Assembly (NCBI GenBank): GCA_963765575.1
Contig: CAVXWZ010000005.1
Span: 1-64,000 of the forward strand
DNA: 64,000 bases
DNA from: an uncultured cyanobacterium
GTDB taxonomy: Bacteria > Cyanobacteriota > Cyanobacteriia > PCC-6307 > Cyanobiaceae
Direction of reading: 5' to 3'
The notes below the pieces were generated by a model, which saw only the letters and a list, made by a program, of their open reading frames with translations, had not been told where the DNA came from and made no database searches. The stretch's first letter is position 1, and every line of letters begins with the position of its first letter. The position numbers and the translations under genes were made by a program. Positions 19,509 to 31,329 of this stretch are shown here, piece by piece.

Positions 19509-21084
19509 GCCGGTCGCGACGCCTCTCGCTCTGGCCGCGGTGCAGGGTGAGGGCGATGGTCTCAGCCTTGCTGGCGATCAATCCATCCACCAGCTGATCG
19601 GCCACCCCCAGTTGCAGCCAGTGGCTGGTGAGGCTGCCGCCCATGCCGATGCGGTGGCAGCGGTCCTCGGCCTGCTCGGTGTCGCCGGGGGTCCAGGGCC
19701 TCTCGATCAGCACCACATGGCGGGCCCGGTGCAGGGTGAAGCCCAGACCACCGGTGCCGTAGGTGGCGATCAGCAGGGGCACCGCTCCGGCCTGGAAGTC
19801 CCGCACCCGGCGCTGGCGCTCGGCCACGGGCACCGCCCCGGTGAGCAGGGCGGCGGGGCCCAGCGCGCGCTGCAACAGGCGGGCACTGCGCACGAAGGCG
19901 GTGAACACCACCACCGCCTCGCCGCCCGCCAGCAGGGATGCCACCAGGTCCCGGGTCGCCGGCAGTTTGTGGTCGGAGCCGATCTGACGCAGGGCCGTGA
20001 GCACGGCCAGCACCTCGGCATCCCGGCGCACCTCGCCACGGGCGGCGCGGCGGCGGTAGTCGAGCACCCGGCGCTGCAGTTGGTGCTGGAATCCCCGTCC
20101 CCGCGCCTCATCGAGCTGGACGGGGTGATGGCGGCGGTTCTTGGGCGGCAGGTCGAGGCAGTCCTGCTTGCGGCGGTGCAACAGCAGGGGACGGATCAGC
20201 CGCTGCAGCTCCGCCAGGTTGCTGGCCCCGTTGGCCTGCCAGAGGCGCCGGCCCCGACGTTCGCTCCAGTGCCCCTGGCAGAACTGCTCCTCGAAGGCCG
20301 TGCGGTCGCGGGCGAGGGGATGGTCGATGGCCGCCAGCAGGGGGAAGAGCTGGGCTGGACGGCCGTTCTTCATCGGCGTGCCGGTGAGCAGCCAGGCGGC
20401 CCGCAGGCGCGGGTGGCGGGCCAGACGCAACAGGGCGCGGCAGCGGGCGGTGTGCAGGTTCTGGGCGTAGTGGGCCTCATCGGCGATCAGCACGGTGCCG
20501 GCCGGCGGCAGGGCGGCGGGTAGCCGCGCCCAGCTGTGCAGCTCGATGCGCAGTCCCAGGGCCAGGGCCTCGCTGCGCCAGTGCTCGTGGAGGCCCACCG
20601 GCGCCAGCACCACCACGCGGCAGTCCGCCAGCCGCACCATCGCCCGGGCCGCGGCCAGCACCGTGAGGGTCTTGCCCAGGCCCATGGCATCGGCCAGCAC
20701 GGCGCCGCGGCGGGCCAGCAGCCAGCGGACCGCGGCGCGCTGATGGCTGAACAGGCAGCGGCCGTCCGCCAGCGGTTCGGCCAGGGTGGCGGCCGCCACC
20801 AGGCGGCGGTGGGAGGGCAGCGGCGGCAGCGGCTGCCCCAGCCAAGCGAGCCACTGGGCCAGTTCCGGCTCCACGGGAAAGCGATCGGCCAGGGTGCGGC
20901 GCAGGGCAACGGCGGCCTCGAGCGGAAAGTCCCAGCAGCGCTGGCGGCCATTCCAATGGCCCCGAGGCCGGATCGTCCGCAACTGGGCCTGGGTGACGGC
21001 GTCGAAGGGGCTGATCACCTCGATCCGCCCGGTGGCGCCGAGGCGCAACCGGCAACGCAGGGGTCCGACTGCAGCCCCGGACAC
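19471..21084 (-). CDS. SNF2-family helicase/translocase
   Basis: [40 protein letters not shown]; start uncertain (GTG 21084 or ATG 21135). Confidence 0.9.
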   Translation of the reverse strand: MSGAAVGPLRCRLRLGATGRIEVISPFDAVTQAQLRTIRPRGHWNGRQRCWDFPLEAAVALRRTLADRFPVEPELAQWLAWLGQPLPPLPSHRRLVAAATLAEPLADGRCLFSHQRAAVRWLLARRGAVLADAMGLGKTLTVLAAARAMVRLADCRVVVLAPVGLHEHWRSEALALGLRIELHSWARLPAALPPAGTVLIADEAHYAQNLHTARCRALLRLARHPRLRAAWLLTGTPMKNGRPAQLFPLLAAIDHPLARDRTAFEEQFCQGHWSERRGRRLWQANGASNLAELQRLIRPLLLHRRKQDCLDLPPKNRRHHPVQLDEARGRGFQHQLQRRVLDYRRRAARGEVRRDAEVLAVLTALRQIGSDHKLPATRDLVASLLAGGEAVVVFTAFVRSARLLQRALGPAALLTGAVPVAERQRRVRDFQAGAVPLLIATYGTGGLGFTLHRARHVVLIERPWTPGDTEQAEDRCHRIGMGGSLTSHWLQLGVADQLVDGLIASKAETIALTLHRGQSERRRDRLTAMLREVLRDW

Positions 21085-21133
21085 AGTGCCACCGCTTCCA
21101 ATGCGCCATAACTGTGCCAACCGAGCCAAGCGC

Positions 21134-21571
21134 ATGCAGGCCAGGGACAGGGGTTCGCGCCACCTCGCTGGGCCTGGCCCGGCCCTCAATGCCGTCTCCC
21201 TCGAGGAGCTCTGTCCCAAGCTCAAGCACCGGCGCTGGCGCCGGTCTCTGCACGAGCTCACCGAGCACACCTGCATCTACTGCGGTGAGCGATCCGAGTC
21301 GATTGACCACGTGCATCCCCAGAGCCGCGGCGGATCAAGCGTCACCGAAAACTGCGTGCCCGCCTGCCTGGCCTGCAACGGCGCCAAGGGCGACACGGAT
21401 GTCTTCGCGTGGTATCGGCGGCAGAGCTTCTACGACCCCCGACGGGCCATGGCGATCCGGTCCTGGCTGGAGGGTGATCTGACGCTGGCGGTGCGGTTGC
21501 TGGAGTGGTCCAGTCCTCACCACACCCGGCAGGCCACCGGGCCGTTGTGGCGCTGGCAGATCGCCGCCTGA
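21134..21571 (+). CDS. HNH endonuclease
   Basis: [31 protein letters not shown]. Confidence 0.88.
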   Translation: MQARDRGSRHLAGPGPALNAVSLEELCPKLKHRRWRRSLHELTEHTCIYCGERSESIDHVHPQSRGGSSVTENCVPACLACNGAKGDTDVFAWYRRQSFYDPRRAMAIRSWLEGDLTLAVRLLEWSSPHHTRQATGPLWRWQIAA

Positions 21572-21723
21572 TCCTGGGGGCGGTCGGGCGCCAGCGTGGC
21601 CGCCAGCAGCACCAGCAGCCCCACCGCCAACAGGATGGGCAGCCCCGGCGCTGGCGACGCCGTGGCAGCAGCCAGCCGGGGCGACCTGGCGGCAAGCTGG
21701 GAACCGACCTTGGCCGAGCACAT
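21517..21723 (-). CDS. Small single-TM protein
   Basis: Hydrophobic stretch then [24 protein letters not shown], resembling picocyanobacterial small proteins (from recall). Confidence 0.6.
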   Translation of the reverse strand: MCSAKVGSQLAARSPRLAAATASPAPGLPILLAVGLLVLLAATLAPDRPQDQAAICQRHNGPVACRVW

Positions 21724-21816
21724 GGGGGCTGAACGCTGGGCCGGTGCCCATGGCGCCGGACGGGAGCGGTGGAGCGGAGCGAGAGCAGGCAGGCGGGCCA
21801 TGGATCGCGGTCGGGT

Positions 21817-21830
21817 GATACAGGTGTACT
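21817..21830. promoter_or_regulatory. LexA-like box
   Basis: GATACAGGTGTACT (reverse AGTACACCTGTATC), one mismatch to cyanobacterial RGTAC-N3-DGTWCB. Confidence 0.5.
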
Positions 21831-21831
21831 C

Positions 21832-22809
21832 ATGACCCAGGCCACTGTCAAGCCGACGGGCCGCCTGCTGGTGGTGGGCGGCGGCTACACCGGGCAGCGC
21901 TTCGCCCGCGCCGCCCTGCAGCTGAAGCATGCGGTGGTGCTCACCAGCCGCCAACCGCCCCCGGCCCAGCTGGTCGCCGGCCTGCCCCCGGAGGTGCGCT
22001 GGCTGCAGTTCGACAGCCGCGAGCCGCAGCTGCCGCCGCTCGCCGAGCTGGCGGATGTGAGCCACGTGCTGGTGAGCGCTCCCCCCGACGGCGAGCCGGG
22101 TGATCCCAGCCTGCGCTGCCTGGGAGCGGCCCTCTCCGAGCTGCCGCTGGAGTGGGTGGGGTACCTGTCCACCACCGGCGTCTACGGCTGCACAAACGGC
22201 GCCTGGGTGGATGAAACCGCCCCGCCCCAACCCCGGGCGGCGCGCAGCCGGGCCCGGCTGGCGGCCGAGGACGCCTGGCGCGCCAGCGGTCTGCCGGTGC
22301 AGATCCTGAGGCTGCCGGCGATCTACGGACCCGGCCGCAGCCCCTTCGCCGGCCTGCGGGCCGGCCGCAGCCGGCTGATCCACAAGCCCGGCCAGGTGTT
22401 CTCGCGGGTGCACGTCGACGACATCGTCGGCGCCCTGCTGCACTGCCTGGCCCTACCGGCCGAGCAGCGGCCGCCGGTGGTCAACGTCACCGACGACTGC
22501 CCCTGCCCCTCCAGCGAGATCCTCGGCTTCGCCAGCCATCTGCTGGACCTGAAACTGCCGGCGATGGAGCGCTACGAGCGCATCCAAGCCGACATGAGCC
22601 CGATGGCGCGCAGCTTCTGGGCCGAGAACCGCCGCACCAGCAACCGCCTGCTCTGCGCCGGGCTGGGGTACCGGCTGCGCCACCCCAGCTATCGGGAGGG
22701 GCTGGCCGCCTGCCTCAGCGAGGAAGAATCCTCGCGGGAAGTTCCGCCCGCCGGCGGGCAGTCGTCAGGGGCGCCAGGATCGGCCACGAAGGGCAGGCCC
22801 AGATCCTGA
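21832..22809 (+). CDS. NAD-dependent epimerase/SDR-family protein
   Basis: VGGGYTG, YLSTTGVYG, RLPAIYGPGR, SRVHVDDI. Confidence 0.9.
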   Translation: MTQATVKPTGRLLVVGGGYTGQRFARAALQLKHAVVLTSRQPPPAQLVAGLPPEVRWLQFDSREPQLPPLAELADVSHVLVSAPPDGEPGDPSLRCLGAALSELPLEWVGYLSTTGVYGCTNGAWVDETAPPQPRAARSRARLAAEDAWRASGLPVQILRLPAIYGPGRSPFAGLRAGRSRLIHKPGQVFSRVHVDDIVGALLHCLALPAEQRPPVVNVTDDCPCPSSEILGFASHLLDLKLPAMERYERIQADMSPMARSFWAENRRTSNRLLCAGLGYRLRHPSYREGLAACLSEEESSREVPPAGGQSSGAPGSATKGRPRS

Positions 22810-22901
22810 AGCATCCGGCCCCAGCGCAGCTCGATCCAGCCGCGGCTGATGCCCGTGCCCATCCCCCACAGCAACGCCAACAGCAACAACCAGCGCACCA
22901 T
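22689..22901 (-). CDS. Small membrane hypothetical protein
   Basis: MVRWLLLLALLWGMGTGISRGWIELRWGRML; overlaps epimerase 3' end. Confidence 0.5.
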   Translation of the reverse strand: MVRWLLLLALLWGMGTGISRGWIELRWGRMLQDLGLPFVADPGAPDDCPPAGGTSREDSSSLRQAASPSR

Positions 22902-23925
22902 GGCCAACAGCAGCGGCAGCCCGGGGCCATCCAACTCGATCGGGCGGCGGCTGGCCATCGCCCTGGGCGATCCGGCCGGCATCGGCGCCGAGGTGGTGCT
23001 CAAGGCCCTGGCCTGTCCCCTGCCGACGGGCCTGGAGCCGGTGCTGGTGGGGTGCCGCCGCTGGCTGGAGGCCTGCCATGGCTCCCTCAGCCAACGCTCA
23101 AAGGCCCCCCTGCGCGATCCCGCCGACCTGGAGATCGTGGATGTGCCCCTGGAGCGGGCGGTGACGCCGGGGCAGAGCAGCCCGAGCGCCGGAGCCGCCA
23201 GCTTCGCCTGGCTGGGGGCAGCCGCCGAGCTGGTGCAGCGGGGCGACTGCCAGGCCCTGGTCACCGCACCGATCGCCAAGGCCAGCTGGCATGCGGCGGG
23301 CCATGACTACCCGGGGCAGACCGAGCGGCTGGCGGAACTCACCGGCAGCCCCGAGGCGGGAATGCTGTTCACCGCCTGCGCCCCGGCGGGGGGCTGGCGC
23401 CTCAACACCCTGCTGGCCACCACCCACATTCCCCTGGCCCTGGTGCCGCAACGGCTCAACGCCGACCTGGTGGGGCGCAAGCTCGATCTGCTGCTGGCCT
23501 TCTGCCGGCGCTTCAACCCCGACCCCCATCTGGTGGTGGCCGCCCTTAACCCCCACGCCGGTGAGGCCGGCGCTCTTGGCCACGAGGAGCACGACTGGCT
23601 GGAGGGCTGCCTGGAGACCTGGCGGGCCGCCCATCCCCGGGTGCGGCTGGAGGGACCCCGCCCCCCGGACAGCTGCTGGCTGGATGCGGCTGCGGCCTGG
23701 CACGGCCAGGGCGGCGGACCCGACGGCTACCTGGCCCTCTACCACGATCAAGGCCTGATCCCGGTGAAACTGCTGGCCTTTGACGCCGCCGTGAACACCA
23801 CCCTGGGCCTGCCTTTCCTGCGCACCTCCCCAGACCACGGCACCGGCTTCGACATCGCCGGACAGGGCGTCGCCAGGCCCCTGAGCATGGCGGCCGCGAT
23901 CACAACGGCCTGGGAGCTGGGCTGA
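22900..23925 (+). CDS. pdxA: 4-hydroxythreonine-4-phosphate dehydrogenase
   Basis: GDPAGIGAE, TAPIAK, TTHIPL, LNPHAGE, YHDQGLIPVK, RTSPDHGT. Confidence 0.96.
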   Translation: MANSSGSPGPSNSIGRRLAIALGDPAGIGAEVVLKALACPLPTGLEPVLVGCRRWLEACHGSLSQRSKAPLRDPADLEIVDVPLERAVTPGQSSPSAGAASFAWLGAAAELVQRGDCQALVTAPIAKASWHAAGHDYPGQTERLAELTGSPEAGMLFTACAPAGGWRLNTLLATTHIPLALVPQRLNADLVGRKLDLLLAFCRRFNPDPHLVVAALNPHAGEAGALGHEEHDWLEGCLETWRAAHPRVRLEGPRPPDSCWLDAAAAWHGQGGGPDGYLALYHDQGLIPVKLLAFDAAVNTTLGLPFLRTSPDHGTGFDIAGQGVARPLSMAAAITTAWELG

Positions 23926-23933
23926 GGCCAGCC

Positions 23934-24425
23934 TCAGCCAGGTTTGACGCGCATCAGCACCTGGCCGAATTCCACGGGAGTGCCGTTTTCCACCAGGATT
24001 TCCACCACCTCGCCGCTCACCTCGGCCTCAAGTTCGTTCATCAGCTTCATCGCCTCGAGGATGCACACGGTCTGTCCCTCGCCGATGCGGCTGCCGAGCT
24101 CCACAAAGGCGGGCTCGCCGGGGGCCGGACAGCTGTAGAAGGTGGCCACCATCGGTGCCGTGATCTCCAGCAGGTCACTGCGGCTGGCCGCGGCGGCCGG
24201 GGGTGGCATCGACGGCACTTCGGCCATGGCGGCCGGCGGCGCCAGGGTGGCCGTCGCGGGGGGGACCCCGGCGGCGGTCGGATGCTGCGGCGCCAGCGCG
24301 GCGGGGGCCGGCAGGTTGCGGCGCACCTCCAGCCGGAAATCGTCGCCCTCGAGCTTGAACTCCTGGATGTCGCTGTCCCCGAGCAGGTCCAGCAGGGCCT
24401 TGAGCTGATCGTGATCGAGCTGCAT
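23934..24425 (-). CDS. accB: Acetyl-CoA carboxylase biotin carboxyl carrier protein
   Basis: EAMKLMNE biotinylation motif; Pro/Ala linker. Confidence 0.97.
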   Translation of the reverse strand: MQLDHDQLKALLDLLGDSDIQEFKLEGDDFRLEVRRNLPAPAALAPQHPTAAGVPPATATLAPPAAMAEVPSMPPPAAAASRSDLLEITAPMVATFYSCPAPGEPAFVELGSRIGEGQTVCILEAMKLMNELEAEVSGEVVEILVENGTPVEFGQVLMRVKPG

Positions 24426-24430
24426 GGCGA

Positions 24431-24991
24431 TCAGTTCTCCCGGCCCAGATAGCTGTCCGTGCGGGTATCAATCTTGATCTTGTCCCCCACCGAAAGGAAC
24501 AGGGGCACCATCACCTGGGCACCCGTCTCGACGATCGCGGGTTTGGTGCCGCCGGTGGCGGTGTCGCCCTTGACGCCCGGGTCGGTCTGGGTGATCTCCA
24601 GGGCCACCGAGTTGGGCAGCTCCACCTCCAGGGGCTTGTCGTTCCACGAAATCACGTTCACCGCCATGCCCTCTTTGAGGTACTTGCGGCTCTCGCCGAT
24701 CTGGGCGGCGCTGAGGCGGGTTTCCTCGTAGCTGCCCATGTCCATGAACACGTAGTCGTCGCCCTCCATGTAGGTGTGCTGCAGGGTGCTTTTCTCGAGC
24801 AGGGCCTGGGGCACCATCTCGCCGGCGCGGAAGGTCTTCTCCACCGTGCTGCCCCCCTGCACCGTCTTCAGCTTGGTGCGCACGAAGGCCGAGCCCTTGC
24901 CCGGCTTCACATGCAGGAATTCAACGACCCGCCAGACCTGCCCATCCAGCTCGATCGAGGTGCCGGTGCGAAAGTCGTTGCTGGAGATCAT
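24431..24991 (-). CDS. efp: Elongation factor P
   Basis: [28 protein letters not shown]. Confidence 0.98.
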   Translation of the reverse strand: MISSNDFRTGTSIELDGQVWRVVEFLHVKPGKGSAFVRTKLKTVQGGSTVEKTFRAGEMVPQALLEKSTLQHTYMEGDDYVFMDMGSYEETRLSAAQIGESRKYLKEGMAVNVISWNDKPLEVELPNSVALEITQTDPGVKGDTATGGTKPAIVETGAQVMVPLFLSVGDKIKIDTRTDSYLGREN

Positions 24992-25101
24992 TCCGACGCT
25001 TCGGATCGGCCGGATTGTAAGGCTGGCTACAGCAACCCATGAACGCTGGCGGCAGGCGCCGGGGAGCCGTGCCAAAGTCCGACCAGAGAGCTTGCAAGGC
25101 C

Positions 25102-26217
25102 ATGGCCCAGGCCCCGATTCCCCCCGCCCGGCCGTCCCATCGCGGGCCTCGGCTGACGGGGCTCTGGCGGGGCGCCCTGGCCCTGGCCCTGGGCCTGCTG
25201 CTGATGGCCCCCGCCGCCCGGGCCGCCCTGCCCCAGGGCAACGCCGTCAAGGATCCGGCCGCCATCCTGCGCAACGCCCTGCCGGTGGAGGCCCCCCGCC
25301 TGCAGGACCTGCAGCACCGGCTCGAGGACACCAGCACCGATCTGCGCGCCAAGCGCTGGTCCGCCCTGGCCAACACGGTGCGCCGCAGCCAATCGCTGCT
25401 GAGCAGCAACCGCAACGGCATCGTCAACAGCTTCGAGCCCGCCGACCAGGGCCGTGCCCAGGCCCTGCTGGGCGAGCTGGACACGCGGCTGCAGCAGATG
25501 GCCAGCGCCGCCGGGGAGCAGCAGCGGGATCCCTTCCTGAGCGCCCGCCGGGAGGCCCTGGCCAGCCTCGGCGAAGCCGAAGCGCTGCTGGTGGGCGACT
25601 TCCCCTTCACCATTCCCCCTGAATTCGAGGCTCTGCCGCGCCTGCTGGGCCGCGCCACCGTGCTGATCTCCACCACCAAGGGCGACCTCACCGCCGTGGT
25701 GGACGGCTACAACGCGCCGCTGACGGCGGGCGCCTTCGTGGACCTGGTGCAACGGGGCTTCTATGACGGCCTGCCCTTCATCCGGGCCGAGGACTTCTAC
25801 GTGCTCCAGACCGGTGATCCCAAGGGTCCCGAGCAGGGCTACCTGAATCCCGACACCGGCCTGGTGCGCACGGTGCCTCTGGAGATCCGCGTGCCGGAGG
25901 AGCCGGGCCCCTTCTACAACCAAACCTTCGAGGACCTGGGCCGCTACAAAGCCACCCCGGTGCTGCCCTTCGCCACCCTCGGCACCCTGGGCTGGGCCCA
26001 CTCCGACGAGCAGCTCGATGACGGCTCGTCCCAGTTCTTCTTCTTTCTCTACGAAGCGGAACTGACCCCGGCCGGCCTGAACCTGGTGGACGGTCGCTAC
26101 GCCGCCTTCGGCTATGTGGTGGAGGGCTTCGACGTGCTCGAGGAGCTCGGCGTCGACGACGCCATCGTCAGCGCCACGGTGCTTGAGGGGGCGGACAAGC
26201 TCGAGCCCCATGGTTGA
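25102..26217 (+). CDS. Cyclophilin-type peptidyl-prolyl isomerase (thylakoid TLP40/CYP38-like)
   Basis: Signal peptide, [11 protein letters not shown] helical domain, [34 protein letters not shown]. Confidence 0.9.
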   Translation: MAQAPIPPARPSHRGPRLTGLWRGALALALGLLLMAPAARAALPQGNAVKDPAAILRNALPVEAPRLQDLQHRLEDTSTDLRAKRWSALANTVRRSQSLLSSNRNGIVNSFEPADQGRAQALLGELDTRLQQMASAAGEQQRDPFLSARREALASLGEAEALLVGDFPFTIPPEFEALPRLLGRATVLISTTKGDLTAVVDGYNAPLTAGAFVDLVQRGFYDGLPFIRAEDFYVLQTGDPKGPEQGYLNPDTGLVRTVPLEIRVPEEPGPFYNQTFEDLGRYKATPVLPFATLGTLGWAHSDEQLDDGSSQFFFFLYEAELTPAGLNLVDGRYAAFGYVVEGFDVLEELGVDDAIVSATVLEGADKLEPHG

Positions 26218-26229
26218 TCAGCACGGCTG

Positions 26230-27301
26230 ATGCCCCCCGCTGATGGCCCCAGCCTGGCCGAGCTCGGCGAAGCAGCACTGATCGAACGGCTGGCGGCCTT
26301 CGCCCCGGCGGGCCAGTTCCACGACGATGCCGCCCTGCTCGACCTGCACGGGCCCCAGGTGCTCAACACCGACGTACTGGTGGAGGGGGTGCATTTCAGT
26401 GCTGCCACCACCAGCGGCTTCGACGTGGGCTGGCGGGCCGCCGCCGCCAACCTCTCGGACCTCGCGGCGATGGGCTGCCGCAGCGTGGCGGGGCTCACCG
26501 TGGGGCTGGTGGCCCCGGCCTCCACCCGCTGGGGCTGGGTGGAGGCGGTCTACACAGGCCTGCGGGCCTGTCTGGAGCCCCACGGCGGCGTGGTGCTGGG
26601 GGGTGACTGCAGCAGTGGCGCCCAGCGGCTGCTGGCGATCACCGCCCTCGGTCCCCTGGCCCGCACCGCCAGCGGCGAGCCGGCCCCGATCCGGCGCGCT
26701 GGCGGCCGGGCCGGGGACCGGCTGGTGAGCACCGGACCCCATGGGCTCAGTCGCCTGGGACTGGCTTTGCTGCAGGCCAGTCCAGGGGCCCGGACCACGG
26801 CCCTTGGGGAGCTGGCGCCGGGGCTGGCGGAGCGGGCGATCGCGGCCCACCAGCGGCCGCAGCCGCGGCTGGATGCGGTGGCGGCCCTGCACGCCAGCAA
26901 GCCGGCCGGCCTGGCCTGGCGGCTGGGCGGCACCGACAGCAGCGACGGCCTGGCGGTGGCGGCCCGGACCGTGGCTTTGGCCAGCGGTTGCCGGGCCCTG
27001 CTGGAGCGCCGCCAACTGCCCTTGGATCGCGCCATGGAGGGTCTCCCCCAGGCCACGGCGTGGTGCCTGGACGGGGGGGAGGATTTCGAGCTGCTGCTGG
27101 CCCTCGATTCAGCGTGGGCGGAGCGCTTGGTGGACACCCTGCCCGGCGCTCAGATCATCGGCTGCCTGGCGGAGCCCGCTGCGGACGGGGAGCCCGATCG
27201 GCTGGCTGGGGGAGGAGGGAAACTTTCCTGCCGGAGCAGGCTTCGCTCACTTCCAGTTGCGGGCCACCAGTTCGGCCAGGTCGACGACGCGCTGGCTGTA
27301 G
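26230..27301 (+). CDS. thiL: Thiamine-monophosphate kinase (frameshift near ~27190)
   Basis: [45 protein letters not shown]; terminal GFAHF lies in a shifted frame ending 27301. Confidence 0.9.
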
Positions 27302-28269
27302 CCCCATTCGTTGTCGTACCAGGACACCACCTTCACCATGGTGCCGCCCATCACAATGGTGAGATCGGAATCCACGATGGCGCTCTCATCGGTGCCGGCG
27401 TGGTCGCTCGACACCAGGGGCAGGTCGGAATACTTGATGATGCCCTTCATCGGGCCCTCGGAGGCCGCCTTGAGGGTGGCGTTCACCTCCTCTTTGGTGG
27501 TCGACCGGCTGACATCCAACACCATGTCGACCACCGACACATTGGGGGTCGGCACGCGCAGGGCGATGCCGCTGAGCTTGCCCTGAACAGGCGGGTACAC
27601 CAGGGCCACGGCCTTGGCGGCGCCGGTGCTGGTGGGCACGATGTTGATCGCAGCAGCCCGGGCGCGGCGCAGGTCGCGGTGGGAGGCGTCGAGGATGCGT
27701 TGATCCCCCGTGTAGCTGTGGGTGGTGGTCATCGTGCCCTTGACGATGCCGAAGCTCTGGTCGAGCACCTTCACCAGGGGTGCCATGCAATTGGTGGTGC
27801 AGCTGGCGTTGGAGACAATCTGCCAGTCCTCGTGGCGGTATTCATGGTCGTTGACCCCAACGACGAAGGTGCCAACGCCTTCTCCTTTGCCTGGCGCCGT
27901 GATCAGCACCTTGCTGGCACCGGCCTGGATGTGCTTGCCCGCACCAGCTTGATCGACGAAAACACCGGTGCTTTCGATCACCAGATCGACATCCCAATCC
28001 TTCCAGGGGAGGTTTAAAGGATTGCGATCAGAAAAGCACTTGATATGGCGCCCATTCACCACAATGGAGTCGTTGGTGTAGGACACTTCTGCGTCGCGGA
28101 TGCGACCCAGCATCGAGTCGTACTGGAGCAGGTGGGAGTTGGTCCTGGGATCGGAGGTGTCGTTCAGGCCGACCACTTCGATACCCGTGTTGGCTCCGCG
28201 GCTGAGCCAGCAGCGCATGAAGTTGCGACCAATACGGCCGAATCCATTGATCGCAACTTTCAAGGTCAT
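27247..28269 (-). CDS. gap2: Glyceraldehyde-3-phosphate dehydrogenase (NAD(P), Calvin-cycle type)
   Basis: [39 protein letters not shown]. Confidence 0.96.
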   Translation of the reverse strand: MTLKVAINGFGRIGRNFMRCWLSRGANTGIEVVGLNDTSDPRTNSHLLQYDSMLGRIRDAEVSYTNDSIVVNGRHIKCFSDRNPLNLPWKDWDVDLVIESTGVFVDQAGAGKHIQAGASKVLITAPGKGEGVGTFVVGVNDHEYRHEDWQIVSNASCTTNCMAPLVKVLDQSFGIVKGTMTTTHSYTGDQRILDASHRDLRRARAAAINIVPTSTGAAKAVALVYPPVQGKLSGIALRVPTPNVSVVDMVLDVSRSTTKEEVNATLKAASEGPMKGIIKYSDLPLVSSDHAGTDESAIVDSDLTIVMGGTMVKVVSWYDNEWGYSQRVVDLAELVARNWK

Positions 28270-28566
28270 GGCAAAGGCGCGACGGAATCCGCCGGCGGCA
28301 GGGAGATTAGGGGGCTGATCATACAGAAATCACCTTCCCCACCCCCCCGCCAGGGGTCGGCGCCACAGGGCTGGAGCGCCGGCAGCGGCAGTGGACGTTG
28401 CAAGTTTTCACGGCACGCTTCACCCGGACGCCTTAATTTCCTCCCAGATCCGCTGGCAGCCCGTCTGGCAGCATCCCAGGCGTGCAGCTTGCCCCCCAGG
28501 GCGGCTAGCGGCGTCGATGCCACCACAGACGCCCCGGGCGTCCCGCCCCCGGACCGGAGCCCAACC

Positions 28567-30015
28567 TTGATCCCCCCGCTCAGCCGTCAGCAGCCCCTGC
28601 ACTTCATTGGTGTCGGCGGCATCGGCATGTCGGCCCTGGCCCGGATCCTGGCGGAGCGGGGCCATCGCGTCAGCGGTTCGGACCGGCGCGACAGTGCCGT
28701 GCTGGAGCGGCTGCGGCAGCTGGGGGTGCAGGTGTTCCTGGAGCAGAACGCCGACACCCTGGCGGCGGTGGTCAGCGCCGTGGGCAGTGGCGAGGCCCCT
28801 CCCCCCCAGGTGGTGATCAGCTCGGCGGTGCCGGACGCCAACCCCGAACTCAGCGAAGCCCGGCGCCTGGGCCTGCCGATCTGCCATCGCTCCGATGTGC
28901 TGGCGGCGCTGATCAACAGCCAGCCCGCCATTGCCGTGGCCGGCAGCCACGGCAAGACCACCACCAGCACCCTGGTGGCCAGCCTGCTGGCCGCCACCGG
29001 CAACGACCCCACGGCCGTGATCGGCGGGGTGGTGCCCGCCTTCGGCAGCAACGGCCGCCACGGCGAGGGCCGCTTGCTGGTGGCCGAGGCGGATGAATCC
29101 GATGGCTCGCTGGTGAAGTTCCGGCCCGAGCTGGGCGTGCTCACCAATGTGGAGCTTGACCACACCGACCACTACCCAGACCTGCAGGCCCTGATCGCCA
29201 CCCTGCAGCACTTCGCGGGCGGCAGCCACCGCCTGCTCGCCAACCACGACTGCCCGATCCTGCGCAAGCACTTCAACCCCGACCACTGGTGGTCGACCGA
29301 ATCCCAGGAGGGAGTGGATTTCGCGGCCATCGCCCTTGAGGAGCGGGGAGACGGCAGCCACGTGGCCTTCTACGAGCGGGGCACGCTGATCGGCCACTTT
29401 GAGCTGCCCCTGCCCGGCCGCCACAACCTCAGCAACGCCGCCGCGGCCCTGGCCGCCTGCCGCCTCGAGGGGGTTCCCTTCAGCGCCCTCGCCGAGGCTG
29501 TCAGCGGTCTGCAGCCCCCGGGGCGGCGCTTCGATCTGCGTGGCGTCTGGAACGGCCGCATGGTGGTCGACGACTACGCCCATCACCCCAGCGAGGTGTC
29601 CGCCACCCTGGAGATGGCGCGGCTGATGGTGAGCAGCGGGCGAAGCCCCCTGCCCGCACCGCCCCAGCGCCTGGTGGCGGTGTTCCAGCCCCATCGCTAC
29701 AGCCGCACCGCCCAGTTCCTGGAGGATTTCGCCCGCGCCCTGGCCCTGGCCGACAGCGTTCACCTCGCCCCCCTCTACACCGCCGGTGAGCAGCCGATCG
29801 AGGGGGTGAACAGCGAGGCGCTGGCCGCCGCCATCCGCCGCCTGGCGCCGACATTGTCGGTGGGCGTGGCCACCACCATGGACGAACTGGCGGAGTCGAT
29901 CAGCCGTGACTGCAAGGCCGGCGATCTGGTGCTGGCCATGGGCGCCGGGGATGTGAACAGCCTCTGGGATCGCCTCAGCCGCCTGTCCACCGACCTGCGC
30001 GAACTCGTGGCCTAG
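28567..30015 (+). CDS. murC: UDP-N-acetylmuramate-L-alanine ligase
   Basis: [43 protein letters not shown]; start TTG 28567 inferred. Confidence 0.96.
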   Translation: MIPPLSRQQPLHFIGVGGIGMSALARILAERGHRVSGSDRRDSAVLERLRQLGVQVFLEQNADTLAAVVSAVGSGEAPPPQVVISSAVPDANPELSEARRLGLPICHRSDVLAALINSQPAIAVAGSHGKTTTSTLVASLLAATGNDPTAVIGGVVPAFGSNGRHGEGRLLVAEADESDGSLVKFRPELGVLTNVELDHTDHYPDLQALIATLQHFAGGSHRLLANHDCPILRKHFNPDHWWSTESQEGVDFAAIALEERGDGSHVAFYERGTLIGHFELPLPGRHNLSNAAAALAACRLEGVPFSALAEAVSGLQPPGRRFDLRGVWNGRMVVDDYAHHPSEVSATLEMARLMVSSGRSPLPAPPQRLVAVFQPHRYSRTAQFLEDFARALALADSVHLAPLYTAGEQPIEGVNSEALAAAIRRLAPTLSVGVATTMDELAESISRDCKAGDLVLAMGAGDVNSLWDRLSRLSTDLRELVA

Positions 30016-30023
30016 ATCCAGCC

Positions 30024-30941
30024 ATGGCCGCTCCCGTCAGCCCATCGCCGAGCCTGTGCCAATCCCTGGCCCTGCGCCATGGCGTCGGCCTCCAGGAGTT
30101 CACCACCTGGAAGGTGGGCGGGCCAGCGGAGTGGTTTGCCGAGCCCGCCGGTGGCGCCGAGCTGCAGGCCCTGCTCAGCTGGCGCCTGGAGGCAGGGCTG
30201 CCCCTGCACTGCCTCGGAGCCGGCTCCAACCTGCTGATCGCTGACGCTGGCCTGCCGGGACTGACGCTGTGCCTGCGCCGCCTGCAGGGCAGTCGCCTCG
30301 ATGGCCAGGAGGGCTGGGTGGAGGCCGAGGCCGGGGAGCCGATCCCCAGCCTGGCCCGCAAGGCCGCCAGGGCGGGCCTGAGCGGGCTGGAGTGGGCCGT
30401 GGGCATCCCTGGCACGGTTGGCGGCGCGGCCGTGATGAACGCCGGCGCCCAGGGGGGCTGCACAGCCGAGCGGCTGCATTCGCTGCGGGTGATCGACCCG
30501 GCGCGGCCCGACCAGCCCTTCAGCCTGCAGGCCAGTGAGCTGGCCTTCGCCTACCGCCACAGCCGCCTGCAGCAGGAGCCCCTGGTGGTGCTCTCGGCCC
30601 GCTTCCGCCTCGAACCCGGGCACGATCCGGCGGCCGTCAGCGCCCGCACCAGCGCCAACCTGCACAGCCGCACCAGCACCCAGCCCTACCAGCAACCGAG
30701 CTGCGGCAGCGTCTTCCGCAATCCCGAACCAGACAAGGCGGGGCGACTGATCGAGCAACTGGGCCTCAAGGGGCTGAGCATCGGCGGCGCCCAGGTGTCA
30801 CCGATTCACGCCAATTTCATCGTCAACACCGGCAACGCCACGGCCGCCGACATCGCCGCCCTGATCGCCGCGGTGCAGGCGCGGGTGGAAGCGGCCCACC
30901 AGCTCCACCTGCACCCCGAGGTGAAGTGGCTGGGCTTCTGA
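30024..30941 (+). CDS. murB: UDP-N-acetylenolpyruvoylglucosamine reductase
   Basis: [37 protein letters not shown]. Confidence 0.96.
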   Translation: MAAPVSPSPSLCQSLALRHGVGLQEFTTWKVGGPAEWFAEPAGGAELQALLSWRLEAGLPLHCLGAGSNLLIADAGLPGLTLCLRRLQGSRLDGQEGWVEAEAGEPIPSLARKAARAGLSGLEWAVGIPGTVGGAAVMNAGAQGGCTAERLHSLRVIDPARPDQPFSLQASELAFAYRHSRLQQEPLVVLSARFRLEPGHDPAAVSARTSANLHSRTSTQPYQQPSCGSVFRNPEPDKAGRLIEQLGLKGLSIGGAQVSPIHANFIVNTGNATAADIAALIAAVQARVEAAHQLHLHPEVKWLGF

Positions 30942-30987
30942 GTCCCCCCGCCCCAGCGCTTAGCCTGAGCCAAACGGTTCTCCAGGC

Positions 30988-31329
30988 ATGGCCGGATTCG
31001 GACTTCCCAACTTCGGTCAGCTCACCGAAGCCTTCAAAAAGGCCCAGGAGCTGCAGCAGAACGCCCAGAAGCTGCAGGAAGAGCTGGATGCCATGGAGCT
31101 GGAGGGCAGCAGCGGTGATGGCCGCGCCAGCGTCTGGCTGTCGGGCAACCAGCAACCGCTGAAGGTACGCCTGGCGCCCGAGCTGGTGGCCGAGGGGGCC
31201 CCCAGCTGCGAAGCCGCCGTGCTGGAGGCCCTGCAGGCGGCCTATGAAAACTCCACCAACACCATGAAGGGCCGCATGGAGGAGCTCACCGGCGGGCTCA
31301 ACCTCAATCTTCCCGGCGCCGGGGTCTGA
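30988..31329 (+). CDS. YbaB/EbfC nucleoid-associated protein
   Basis: [33 protein letters not shown]. Confidence 0.92.
   Translation: MAGFGLPNFGQLTEAFKKAQELQQNAQKLQEELDAMELEGSSGDGRASVWLSGNQQPLKVRLAPELVAEGAPSCEAAVLEALQAAYENSTNTMKGRMEELTGGLNLNLPGAGV

Noticed and set aside
26230..28017. 595-aa ThiL with long C-terminal extension
   Set aside because: A frameshift near 27190 causes read-through antisense to gap2; the real GFAHF end is in another frame
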